DNA of 64,000 nucleotides. Source: Octopus vulgaris. Lineage: Eukaryota. The notes under the pieces are model-generated. The model saw nothing but the letters and a program-made list of their open reading frames with translations, did no database searches and was not told the DNA's origin. The translations under genes were made by a program, and so were the position numbers. The stretch is taken from assembly GCA_951406725.2 (NCBI GenBank), contig OX597815.1, positions 33,604,001-33,668,000 on the forward strand, written 5' to 3'. Shown one piece after another: positions 13,740 through 27,159 of this stretch (its first letter is position 1; the number at the start of each line of letters is the position of its first letter).

Positions 13740-13930
13740 ATAGATAGCAGAATTAGTAAAGCAGTGAACAAAGTTGCCTTGCTGTACTTAGTCAATTCCT
13801 AGAGCTAAACTTCCACCAAGGTCAACTTTGCCTTTAATCTTTCTGGCAGTTGATACCAGTACTGGAGTGAATTTATTTGACCATATGCTCCTCCCTCAAT
13901 TTGTAGCTTTGAATCAGTATTAGAAATCAT
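13740..13930 (+). mobile_element. second SINE-like interspersed repeat (degenerate)
   Basis: Shares GTCAACTTTGCCTTT...ACCAGT...CCTC with copies at about 32680-32820, 51835-52030 and 52895-53060. The latter two keep a B-box-like GAGTTCAAATCC. Confidence 0.55.
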
Positions 13931-15360
13931 TACTACTGCAGCTTCTGTCAATGTCAGCCTTCAATATTAGCCCAGTCAATCTATTTTCTTTAACAGTATG
14001 GTCTTTCTATCTATTACTCAAAATTAGTTTCGCTATATTTTCTTTTAAACACACTTTCCTTAAAACAATCAAAATACAAATATTTTAAAGAGAAAAAATT
14101 CCAATGAGTTAACAAAACCCATGAATTCTTATCTACTCTTTGACTTGAAAATTTCCTCAAACTGTAGGCTCCTGCTTTTTAACTAGGTCTGTTAGGATCT
14201 AAGAAGTTTTGTTGAGTTACAAATATAGGATTTATCTTGTAATGCTCTATTTATTAGAAAAACTTAAAGATTTAATATTGTTGATACTTAAATTTTTATA
14301 GGAAATATTGCTATAGCTAATATAGGTAATATATTTCCATTGTTGTCGTGACTGTTCTTTTTAGATATCACTAAAACTTCACCAGAAATAAAAAATATGA
14401 AAAACAAATTGTTATTTTAAAGATATTGTGCTATATAATATCATAATCATACGATGTAATCTAACAGATTTTATTGAAGTAGCACAATACTAAATATGGA
14501 ATACTATGCACAGTTAAGAGGATGAGATTTCTTATACATGAACGGCAATTGTTATCTGGATATAATTAAAAGAAGTTACAACATGGAAGTTTACAGACTA
14601 TTCATTTAAGAGAAAGTACAACTGCCTTCATCAACATCTTATATCATTTTCTTCCACTTTCTTTCTGCTCTACAGCAACTGCTTACTAGAAGCAGTCAGC
14701 TATGATATGCATAGATTGCCTCAAGTCAGAGTACTATCACTCTTCTAATGGCTGCATTTATACATCTTCCCCTTCATGGTTGCATGCTAGTAGAGCTTCT
14801 CACTAGCTACGCAACATTTGTCACATATTGGATCACTTTCATTTAAAATTTTTTTTAGTCACATTCTGTTTGTTGAGAAAATTTGCCAATTTATTTGTTT
14901 TTATTCATCATTATCTAGTTGAGAATTTGTAAAGGTGTGTCCTCTTATAGCTAAACAAAAGTGTTTGTATAATTTAATAATTTGATCATCATTATCATCA
15001 TATTTTATGTTCAGCTTGTAAAATAGTTTCCTTGTATTTTTTTTTTAATGGCATGCCATTTTAGAACTTTTGCCAATTATGAACTCTCAGCATTTTATTT
15101 GGTTCTTTGTATCTATCTCTTTTGCAAGCAGTTTGATGATTTTAAGATTTTAATTTTCATCTGCTACGTACATACACCTGGTCACAGTCTGTCTCTTAGA
15201 TTTGCATTAAATAATAGATAACTTTGTTTCTCTCTATACTTTCTCTTTTATGATATCTTACATTTCAACATTATACAATACCAACACTAATAGATTTATA
15301 ATATTAAATACATAGATGACACAACCCTGTCATTAATTATAATTAACATTTTCTAATTAT

Positions 15361-15725
15361 TTACATTATTTACAATTGATGGTTATTTGTCCTTATCTTG
15401 TTTGTTGTTTACACAACGCTTAAGCTGATATACCCTCCACCCTTCATCAGGTGTCTTGGGGAAATTTCGAATATGAGTTCTCATTCCTAAGGTATTTTAC
15501 GCTGGTGTTATTCTGAGTTTGATTCCATGCACCTGAATAATAATAATAACAATAACCGAAAAATACCTTAGGAATGAGAACCCAGGTTTGAAATTTCCCC
15601 AAGACACCTGATGAAGGCTGGAGGGTATATTGGCCGAAACATGTTAACAACAAACAAGATGAGGACAAATATCCATCAATTGTAAATAATGTACCTAATT
15701 CCTCATCTCTTAAATATAGAACTGT
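15361..15725. mobile_element. palindromic hammerhead-bearing element, copy 2
   Basis: Inverted arms with the same central junction as copy 1 (GTTATTCTGAGTTTGATTCC). 13-bp TSD ATTTTCTAATTAT at 15348-15360 and 15726-15738. CTGATGA at 15608 and GAAAC at 15636, but the cleavage site is deleted. Confidence 0.85.
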
Positions 15726-16694
15726 ATTTTCTAATTATATTTTCTTTCTGAAATGTCATCACCACCTCTGATGTTTTGAGTAAAATCAACAACAGACATC
15801 ATACTTCATATGTACTCTTATAGGAACCTGTAATTTATCTAAAGAGCATGCATTACATTTTTTTCTCCTCAGAAATGTTGACTGAGGGTTAGTGAATCTA
15901 TAAATCATATTACAGCCATTTTTGTACTTTTTCCAGTGTCCAATTTTTACTTGTTCAGTAAATTATTTCTTATTGCCATCTTCTAATTCAGCTTAATTAT
16001 AAACATATCTTCAAACCATGTCAGAACAACTTAATACAAAATTTAAGGTAGTAGGGTGATGAATGAACATGTAAAGAAGCCAAAGTAATGTTCAAAAAGC
16101 CAATAGATGAAGTTCATGATGTCAGAGTTGGATATTAGCTGTGCTAACACTAAATAAAAGAGAATTATAACTAATTTGATTAACATCTTCCTGAGTGGCC
16201 ATTTGAAAATTATTATATATTTGCTATTTTCTCATTTGCCATTTATACTACACCAAGTTATTCTGATATACATTAAAATTTTACTTATTTAGTCTTGAAC
16301 CTTAAACTATTATGATCACTCACTCACAACTAATCGATTTCATGTCACTTACATGAAAAACAACGCATTTTTCATTTGAAGGATATTTGCATATATTGAC
16401 CAGAAGTGTCCTGTAGACTGATCTCATTAATAAGATTAAGATCTATTTTATATAGATAATTCTATTGGCACATTTCAGTTATGGTTAATACATAGAATTT
16501 TTCATTATCAACAGAACTTATTGATTTGTTATTACCAGTTGTCTACCAATTTTGAATATTTTCAATAATTTATTAATTGGAAAAAAAAACTAAATAAAAA
16601 TTTTAATATTCTTATATATTTAATTATTTCCATAATAACCTCAACCAAGATAGGTATTTGTGAAGCACTTGTTTATAAAACTGTGTAAATATGT

Positions 16695-16695
16695 T

Positions 16696-16769
<74 letters not shown>

Positions 16770-16770
16770 T
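16695..16770. repeat. compound (CT)n(AT)n(AC)n microsatellite
   Basis: Direct read. Confidence 0.95.
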
Positions 16771-18118
16771 ATGCATAGGTACTGTTTTGCATGAGTATGC
16801 ACTCACACATACATGATCATACAATAAGTACTCAATTAATTGTACTTTGTGAGTGAAGGAATCAATAATAACACTAATGTTCTTTAAGCAGAGTAAGTGA
16901 AATATCTGTGACTGAAAATAAGACATGAGTTGCAAGCCTAGTTGTTAAACATTTACTATCTATGGTACTTGCCACCTGATGGGGATTACTGGTATATTTT
17001 CCTTTACAATCATAGCTAAATAAGCTGTGATTCTTGAAGTGCCATCTGCTTCTAAACCTACAAAATGCATGCACACTGATAACAAACTCAATGAAGGACA
17101 TTTTTACAGATATGTAGATATCTTCATTACCTTTTTTAATTGAACATTCACTTAGCTACCTTACTATAGTAATCAGAAGTTATGTATTAGGCACCCAACA
17201 TTGTAGCTTATCTTACTATTCTGTATTATGTGCTCATCAATGTAGTTAATCATACTATTCTATCTGCTAGTGATCATTATAATAATCAACATAACCATTA
17301 TTATAGTAAACTTAATTACTATTTACAAGGCATTTTAGAAAAAGAAAATGTTTTCTATCAAAAAATTGTATTGAAAATCATATCTGAGCAATTTGTACAG
17401 TTACAAAGTTGTTGTTTAGCTTCAGGTCCCCATTAAGATCTATCATAAAGATTGTCATATGAACATTCCATCCTTTTGTATATCATGGACTATATTGTGC
17501 ATAACATGCATTGATATTTGAGATGGTGAAGTCTGAAAAAAAAGTGGGGTGGTTTGGTGTTATTTCTGGCAGGTTTCACAGCTAATAGAGGGTCACTCCT
17601 CCCCATTTGCTTATGTGACAAATGGCAAACTAGTTATCTCTTAATAGAATTATAACTGCTTTATCATATCTTCCATAGTCAAAGAACAAACTTAACTAAA
17701 AAAAAGCTTCTATCATTTTATTAATTTTGTCTCATGATAAGGATGAAGATACACACACAGGAAACAGATTAATAATGATTAGGATTTACATTTTTAGATT
17801 CTTTATAAACCTTTAACTATTGTAAGTAATTCTCAATCATTGAAATGTATGTAAGGGAAGATGATATTGTTCATATATAATAAAGATAAATGCATAGATT
17901 TTAGGTTTACCAAAGCAAAGAATATACATGAATATTTCTGAACTGTTTCTGAACGAGTTAAACTTATGCAATATTGTATTCTTTATGATTATAATTGTTT
18001 ATTTGTTTGTCAGTGATTCTCTGTGTTCTTGTGTGCATTTCATTTAGTTTTTACCTTATTTAACTTTTTATATTCCTGTTTTATCTTCCTGTTTTAATCT
18101 GGTGTTTCCTCTTTACAG

Positions 18119-18256
18119 AAATCCGAACCGAGGCTGTGATGCAGGCTCTGGCAATGCAAAATAAGAAAGTCCCTGTCATGCCTCTCCCATCAAAGCGCAC
18201 ATCTGTGAATTACCATGGCCAACAGCAACATCAGCAGCAACGTAGAGAGACACATG
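18119..18256 (+). CDS. DIP2: DIP2 homolog internal exon (138 nt, phase 1/1)
   Basis: Long pyrimidine tract then TTTACAG acceptor. Reads (E)IRTEAVMQALAMQNKKVPVMPLPSKRTSVNYHGQQQHQQQRRETH, matching the DIP2 motif recalled as DVHTEAVQAALAK...VPMPSKRRS. Donor GTACTT at 18257, with an alternative in-frame GTCAGT at 18272. Confidence 0.92.
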
Positions 18257-18278
18257 GTACTTACTACTCCAGTCAGTA

Positions 18279-18320
18279 ACTAACATTCTAATCTGGTTCT
18301 TCTAGTGGCAGATAACTAAC
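18279..18320 (+). promoter_or_regulatory. Quaking/HOW-type intronic splicing elements
   Basis: ACTAAC (18279-18284) plus half-site TAAT (18289-18292), and a second ACTAAC (18315-18320), immediately 3' of the exon donors. Confidence 0.45.
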
Positions 18321-21300
18321 ACCATCACCATCACTACCCACCACTTTTCCCCATTTAAATTCTTAGTGCATTTTATGCTGAATTCTTTGTTACTGCATCC
18401 ATTGTTTTACCTCTCCCTTCCTCCTTTTTGTAATGTAGATATATGTAGCTCTTAGCCAAATAGTTAGCTGCACGGTTAATCCCTATTGTATACACATGTT
18501 TTTATATGTGAAGCAATTTTTAAAATCTTATCTGCATGTTTTACATAGCTATACAGGAGCAGTTGTTTTTTATTCATGCTTTTTTAAAAAAAAAAGAGTA
18601 TTTGGGTAATTTAAAATGGTATCTGAATTGAAAAAAATAGTGTGAGTTATATTGAACATGTTATTTTGCAATTCATAACTATCAAGAAATTGATAACTAA
18701 TAATTATCTTCAGTGGTCATATTTATCTTCTTCACTTTTGTCTTTAATCTTTCCATTATCATTATTGTTGTCATCATATTATCATTAACGTCATCTACCA
18801 GAAGACTTACTTCCTTATGTCACTGAATAGCAGTTTTTCTCTCATCCATGTGAACTTTGGCAAAAGGCATTGGTGTTGCTCATGATATCAGCAAAAACTT
18901 CATAGTGATGGGAAACTGGGCTACCTCAAAGTTATAACATCTTTTTGTGTTGAACATAATTATGCATATTAAAGGAAAGGACAAGATTTCTTTATATTGG
19001 TGTATTTATAAACCTGTGTTAAATTTCTAATGAATATAAACAGGTGTAACATTCTTTTTTCTCTTATTGTTGAATAGCCAGAAGCTGTTAAATTTCGTGA
19101 TATAATTAATATGATCAGACTGGAAAATTTCTGTTTTCTATTTTGATAGAAATTCTAAATTATTAGCACATTATTATTGCTAATCTTAATCGTATAAATT
19201 AGGTTTGCTGTGCTATGTCAGTTTTATTTTAAAATTACTGATGAAGTTAATACTGTATAGGGTGTGAAACTTCAGGTGTGTACAGACAGAGAAATAAAAA
19301 GTTATGATGTTTATCTCTTTCACATTGCCATTAGTAATTGAATTTTTCCCAATTGGGATAAAATTTTTAAAATTCTGATTCAGTTCATTCAAAACTGTCC
19401 AGCATACATTTTTGCTACTAACTATAAATATAACACTCATATTCTGTTTAAAAACACAAATAACTGAGTTAGCTATTTGCATGAAGCATTCTGCTTTAAC
19501 TCTAATTCTGTTCCTTTTCCCTGTTCAATACATATTTGTGTAAGTCTTTATGCTCAACTCTCAAATCTAATATTTAGACTTAGGACATAACTTACATTTT
19601 TCAAATATTTTCTCTTAAAAAAAACATTTTAGATCTTTTTTTTTTTTCTGATTTACTTCATACTTTTTATATTTTATTGTGTGGTATTTCTATGGTTTGT
19701 TTATACATAAAAAGCTGAAAGATATTATTTACACATCAGACTGTTGAAAATCTTAAGAAAGATTAAAGACAGATCTATCCTTAACCTAATCCTGGGTGAT
19801 TAGGTTAAGGATTCCTTGCCACCCACTTTCAACCAGCAAACCTACAACTCAGCTCTTATCACTAGACTTGCATTCTTTTAAAACTACATCCACTCAATTT
19901 GTTTCCACAATGTATGTAGACTGCTGAATATTATGAGTTGTGTATTTTTGTATGCAGATAGAAAAAGAAAGAATCTAACAATGACTACTTCATGAAGCAA
20001 AAAATTCATTATTGAATAAAACATATTTACCACCTTACGCACTCATTAAAGAGACTAAGCATCTTATATCTGCTACTTGGTGATATATTACCTGCTGTCT
20101 TCATGGCAACCATCGTTCTCTACAGCACCCACCACATCACCTCATCCCACTAAATCACCACAAATTTTTAGAACTCATTGAATGTTTAAATGACCTCTAT
20201 CTCACTATAAACACCCCAGTTCCATCTTACTAAAGCCATTTCAATTCTGTTACAGGCCAGTGCCATTCCTATCCATACAACCACTGACATTCTGCTACAT
20301 GCAGCTACTGATATCTCATTACATACTGCCACAGACACCCCACTAGATACAGCCACTCTGATATCTCAGTACAAACACTGATATCTCACTAGAGCCACCA
20401 CTTTAAACCTACACCAGCCATCATCATGTTACATCTAATATCATCCCATTGCAGTTACCACTACTCTCCCTCTTCAGTCGACATTGTTTCTTTCTTCAAA
20501 CACCATCTCACTATATCTATTACTATCCACAACTCTATATGCTACTGCATATTCATATTCAAGAGAATTTGATCTTCATGTTAAAAATGAATGAAAGAGA
20601 ATAAAAAATATTGTAAATTGATTTTCTTCTCTGAAATTTGGTAAATGTGATTTCCAGTACCTTAGCTAAAGCAAAGCACTGAACAGCAACATAAACTTAC
20701 AACTCTGCTACCTAGAGGCTTGCTGCACTTTGTTCAACTGCCCTTTGTATTGACTTGAAGTAATTAAGAAAATGTGAATGCAGAAATAGATTTTAGCTTG
20801 TGCTCAAAGGACCAAAATTTCTTATGATAACTTCAAGCCATAAGTTTTTAGATTTTGTTGACATTACTTTTAACTCAGTGTTACGGTGGCTAAAATTTTT
20901 AGTGCACACAAGTTCAAATAGTTACATGGGCACTTACAGTTCCTGTGTAATGTTTGTTGGTTGGTATGTTTCTCTCATGCATTTAGATGGATGTTGAATG
21001 TTTGTCCCATTGGACAAAAATCTAGTCATAAGATTTGACAACTAGTCACACTAATGTCTAAATTTGTACTTCCATCCTATCCCAGCCAACATTTACAAGA
21101 ATGTAAAATTGTTTCGAATTTCATCTTTGACCAACTTTTATCTGTAGCATAAATATGGTTGTTATGTGTTGGTATTCATATTCATTTCATGTTTTTGTTT
21201 CTCATTATTCTTTAGTTCGTGGTTTACTTATTTACACATCAAATATACTGCTTACTGGAAATATCTGAAACATTGTAAAGTGCTGGGAATTTAGTTGTCA

Positions 21301-24300
21301 TCTACAATTTCCTTGTTGCTTTCTGTTATATTCTTTGTTGTTTCATTCTTATTACTTGCCAACAGCTTCATTAGATGTTTCTCTTCTTGTTGCTTGCTTT
21401 TATTTATATTTTTACTAGAATTTTAAGTGCAACAGTTAAAACTATTCCTTTATCCAATGTTTCAATCAAAGTTTCAAAAGATTTACTTCACATTACTCTT
21501 CTTTCTTTCTTTTTATACATGCATATGCAAAAATCTTAGCACCTACATTTGCTTAAGTCTTATTCTTTCAGTTGTTAATAATCTGGTATTGCAGTTAATT
21601 CCTTAAAGATAATTTTAGTGTTTGGATATTTAGTTGCAGTTTCCTTCTACTATTACTACCTCTTGCTATTCAAACTTCTTTGTAACTTATCCTTAGTTTT
21701 GATGCTAGCTTTGCTACACATTAGTGGCTTAAGATATTTAGCTGCTATTTAAATCTCTTTGATAGCAACATACTTTCTAATTTGTGATGCGAGATCTCTA
21801 ACTTTTTTCATATAAGATGTTAAAATAATTATTTTGGGGTAAAGACAGCCATATTTAGGTACCTGATATTTTATTCTTTCTGGAAAATAACAGAAATATA
21901 TTTGCTTTTATGTGTAGTAATTACTGTTTTTGTGTACATGTGTTGTGGTTATAATTTATGACAAATTTTCTGAATCAAAATGACTAATCAAAGGTGACCA
22001 AACACTTTTCTTCACACAATTTTATTTTTTAGAAAAAACACTACAATTATCTCTCTCTATATAAACGGCAGTTTGTCTGTGCTATAAAATGTTTTAGGAA
22101 TTTAAATAAGTATTTTTTTCCTTAGAATTTCCTTTTATTGAAAGTTAAACATCTGTTAGTGAATTTTGGTAAATATTTCAAAATGTATTTCATCAAGACT
22201 ACTTCCTGCTTTCAGGTAGGGAGTAGCTTTTAAGAAACATTGGTGAGTAATACTACTATCTCACCAGCCAAAAGTTAGTAATCTTTACATTTACCATTAT
22301 TTTGTCAAGATCTTTTTCATTCTTCATTTGGAAACTAGGTAGTTCCCTTTTCAAAACTTTTTCTGCTTACAAGATTATAAATTTAATAATAATAGATAGT
22401 GTTGGTGAGATTGAAAGTAGAGGTTGGCAACTTCAGTTTCTCTCATGATATGGATATCATGTGAAATATTATACTTAAGTTCAGTAAGGATTTTTATCGT
22501 AATACACAGGCTCACCATGTATTGACATTTTAATCTTGTACATACATACAGACAGACAGATTTCCATTGCATGTTAGAAGTTGCTACAACCAGAAATTGA
22601 AAACAAATGGCTTACAAGGCTTTCAACTTCTCAGTTGCAGTCTTTGCTTGGTATATATTTAAATTTATTTAAGGAACAAATGTTAATGATTTACATCAGT
22701 AAACTGTATATTAGTTTCCTTTGTAATAATGTTTAAATCATGGCTGAGGATCTGGTCTCCCTTCAAAACCAGATTATGAAGCCTCTAAATTACATTAAGC
22801 CTCCACTTCTCTATCTGTCTGATGACTCTTTCTATGTAGTCACTTCTTAGAAAGATAATTATGATTAAAAATGCAGGGTTAATTATTTCCATTGTTAAAC
22901 AATTTTCTTTTTTTTTTTTGCCTTAAAAAGCTAAATACAAGAAATATTCTTTTCTTTTTTAAATTTTTTTTATCTAATGTTTAGAAAATCCCCCCCCCCA
23001 TTAGCTTACATTTCGATGTCTTCTCATCCAGACACCCCACAGAGTTCAAATAGCTGGAAATCTTTCTTCCATTGTTCACTTTATTGATTGTCTATAACTA
23101 ACCTCTGTGCTTCTGACTTCCTTGTATGTATAACATATATTTATGTTTGCAGATCTTGTATGTATGCAATGTAGCTTTTGCTGCCTGCTGTTTGTCACCA
23201 ATTTTGTGTCAATTGTCTTACATCAATCAAAGTGAAGATACACAACAATGTACTTATTAGTGCCATTAGAAATTTATACTTACTGAGATAGGAGTGCAGG
23301 CTGGGGATGGGGATCTTCACTTTTTTATTAACTTTCTGGCACTGACTCGTACATTTTGTTGCAATATGTCAGTTTGTATCTTTCAGTCTCTCCAAAAATC
23401 AGTTAGCTAAGTGGTATCAGTAAATGTTTGTTTCATATAATGTTTAACGAATTACACTCAGTTTTCAAATTCCTACATTATCTTCATTATCATCATCCTT
23501 TATATGTAATTTTTGTTTAGTCTCTATTGTAATGCATTTAACTATGTTGTATTTAAACATTATGAAACCATGTGATATAGTTTACAGTTAAGGTTATGCT
23601 ATAATGTATGTTTAAGTTACAGAAAATTTAGCAGGGGGCGATTTAGCATGTGCACTCAAACATACACTCACATTGAATAACACATTAAAGTTGATGCCAT
23701 TTTCAGTTAGTGTCTCAGCCAAATAATAATCTAACCCTTAATTTACAAGTTGATGGGTAAATCGAATTAGACTGAACTCCTTCCTTCTTCTTAAGTTATA
23801 GCAAGTGAATACAGAAATTTGTAATATGGCAATGCTTATTTAACTGTACTCTATTCTCTCTCATGCTCACAGACAAAATACAGGCTCTTTTGCTTTATTT
23901 GTTGTTATCTCTTGTTTTTGTGATTTGTTTTTCTCTTTGGTGTTATAGTTGAAAGTAAAGTCATTGTTAAAAGTCATTAAATCTTCAGAAATAATTCTTT
24001 TTTGTTGCTGAAAACCAGTTCTTGTCATAAATTCTAGCAACCAATATTTATCTATTTAATTAGACTCCTATTTTTCCCCTGCTTTGTAATTGCCAAATTT
24101 AAAACACTGAAGAAAGAGGACTAATATTTACTTAGCCTTAAAATTTTAGAAATTTTAGCTCTGCATGATGAAATGTGAAAATATGAAGTTTAACAATCCC
24201 CTATCATTTACTTTTCACATGCCATTTCCTATTTAACATTTTATTATTTATTTATTTTTCTTTTGCCAGAAGGCAAACCTTGTCTTAGTTTCTCTTAATT

Positions 24301-26977
24301 ATTTTCTCCCAGATTTGTTATCAACACCTTATTAAAGCAGCAATGTGTATATTTTAATCACCCTATAAGGATGACCTGTAGTTTCTTGCTAACTTCAAAT
24401 GAATTGAGAAATTTAGTAGTACCAGCTTCTCTAATATTAGACTGATAGTAAAAAAGATAACAAACAGCAAGTGTGTTCTTTGTCAGAATTTTATTTTTTA
24501 CCAACCCATACCATAATGATCAGCAAAGAAGCATCTGCTTCCCTGCAAAGAAGGTGGTGGAAGTAACCAAGTTCATTTCATAAAATGAATATTTCTCTAT
24601 TTTACAGATGCCAACTTCAATATCAAAGTCATCAGAATGTTAGTAGAAATGATAATAAGATGTCCTTTGTCTGAATTTTCTTTTGTAATTCTCATGCTAT
24701 ACATTAATGATCAGCAAAGAAGTATGTATCAAGGTGGAAGAAGGTGCTGAAGGGGACTTTTCTCTATTTTTCCTTATCAGATATTTTCTTAGCCTCATCA
24801 TACTAACGGTAACACTCCTGGGATAGTACTTTCTATATTTGTCATAATAGACAAAATTGGCCAAAAGTCAAAGCAAGAACCTCATGTTTTTTCATCGCTG
24901 TCTCTCATTTACACATATTCTATATTCATATGTGTACATGTGCACAATATTCCATTGAATAAAATCTATGATTTCTTCGGTGCCACTGACAACCTACATT
25001 TAGACTGTGGTGTCAATAGTTTTTAAGCCAGACTACAAATCTCCAGTAGTTTAATCATTACTGAAATTATTTCATAAGTTAGTTTACATTACTAAGAGCA
25101 TAGTTATCACACCACCTAGTAATGTTTTATATGCCTTCTTTAGTACCATGGTTTGCTTTCTTTCCTCTTCTGTCATTTAATGCTATCATTATCATAACCA
25201 TCTTTTCCAATTGCTGGTTTGGATAAATCTTCTTTACAGTTGGATGCCCTTCTTAATGCCAACTTTGTTTTTGAAGTAAGATACTTTATTGTATGTCTTC
25301 AAGTTGAACTGCTACAATACACAAACAGTACCAAAATGGTGCCAAGTAAGCATGTGGATACAAATGCACCCATACATGAATGCATGCATACACATGTGCA
25401 CAGATTCATACAGTTTGCTTGTGTGTGTGTGTGTGTGGACATACGCACAGTATGCTTCTATGCAGTTTCCACCTGCCAGTTTCACTTACAAGATATTGGT
25501 CAACCTGAATCACCTGCCCAAGTATCATGCTGAGAAATTAAACCTGGAATTGAGTGTTTGCAAAGTGAAGTTATTAACCTCATAGCCATAACTGCATCTA
25601 AACATGTATGTTTATATGTGTGGCTGTTGTTCTTATATTTGTTTTCTCCAGGCTTGCTTGGGTTGGATGGTTTATTTTTAGCACTGCTTTTTATCACTTC
25701 ACACAGGATATTCTGTCATGCTCCCTTTAGGAGGTTTAACATCTTCAGATCAGCTTTCACCACTTCTTTCTATATCTCCTTCATACTTACTTTTTCCATA
25801 AGCCTTTTCTTTACCCAGCTGTTGTCTTCCATATGCACGACATGAGCAGTTTCTTCTCTTGCACACTATATCCCATTTCTCTAATTTCATTTTTTTCTGC
25901 CTCAGCTCATTTATGCACCATTGTTCATGCACACTAACATTACATATCTGTGGAATGTACTTGCCTTGTTTCTTTCCAACTGTCATGTATCCTTCACTTT
26001 ATATACCCCTATTTTCCTACCATGCAACATTGCACTATACACACAAGCATCATATGATCTACTCTTTAGCTAGAAAGAAAATCTTTTTATTATCAGCAGA
26101 GTTCATAGCTAAACTTTTTCCATTCCTTTCTTACACCACTTCCTATACTTTCGGTGCACTCACTTCCTCTGTTAATTAGGTCACCTAGGTAACAGAAGCT
26201 ATTAATTACTTTATGGAGCCTTCCAAATATTTGAAATAATTTTTTTTCAAAGGTACTCTTACTGCTAACTACTCCTGCATTTCTACCTCATAGGAATTCT
26301 TCCATCTCTGTCAGCATGACTGTGATCCCACTACACCACTTGTGCACCCATAGTTTATATTAGGTATACTCTATGGAATTCTTATGTACTCCATTTTTGT
26401 ATATCAAGCATGAATACTTCCCAGGTGGTAATAATTCTGCTTTCTTTAGCACCATAGTTTGCTTTCCTTCCCTTTCTGTCATTTAGTAATATCATCATTA
26501 TCATTGTCATCATATGTTCTTTCAATGCTGAGCTGCATGAAGCTTCTTAAGGCAGTATACTATAGCTGATTGCCCCTTTTGATACCAAATTCTTTGCTTT
26601 TGAATTTAGATGCATTATTCCACACCTCCAAGTTCTTGCTAACTAAAACTTCTGAATTTTACTGGGTTGATTCTGAGGCCTCTTAGTTCTAACCTTTGCT
26701 TTTAGCTGTGAAGCTTCTCTAAATCTTTGATAAATTCAGTTATGATCATTAAGTCATTGGTATACATGATTTCCCATGAACAGTCTAGCTTAAACTCCAC
26801 TTGTTATATTCTGAAGAATTAATAAATAAGAACAGAACTGAGGATGAAATCCTGATGGACACTACTTGCATGCTTACTTCCTTGCTGAATTCATTGCAAC
26901 ACTTATGTTGTTAATGGTATCTCTGTACAGGACTAACAAGCTACAAACTACACCTGCTTTCTGAGTAACTGCTAGCC

Positions 26978-27159
26978 TACAGAATTTGGTGTCCTTTCAA
27001 AGGATAGCAGATAAATGAATACCAAGTATACTGGTTTACTTTTGGCTTAGAACTTCTGTAGTTGTCTTACCAGGAAGAGAGCATTAACAGCACAAACCCA
27101 TCCAAACTGTATCTCATCTAAGCTTATTTATCAGCTGTACTATACTCTCTGTGTTACTT
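26978..27159. repeat. 182-bp direct repeat, copy 1 (copy 2 at 28598-28779)
   Basis: Ungapped alignment with 16 mismatches by manual count. Confidence 0.92.

Noticed and set aside
24608-24721. 114-nt open phase-1 interval between TTTACAG and GTATGT
   Set aside because: Intron-like composition, and it lies in an old local tandem duplication (about 24470-24770). It shows that such candidates can arise by chance.
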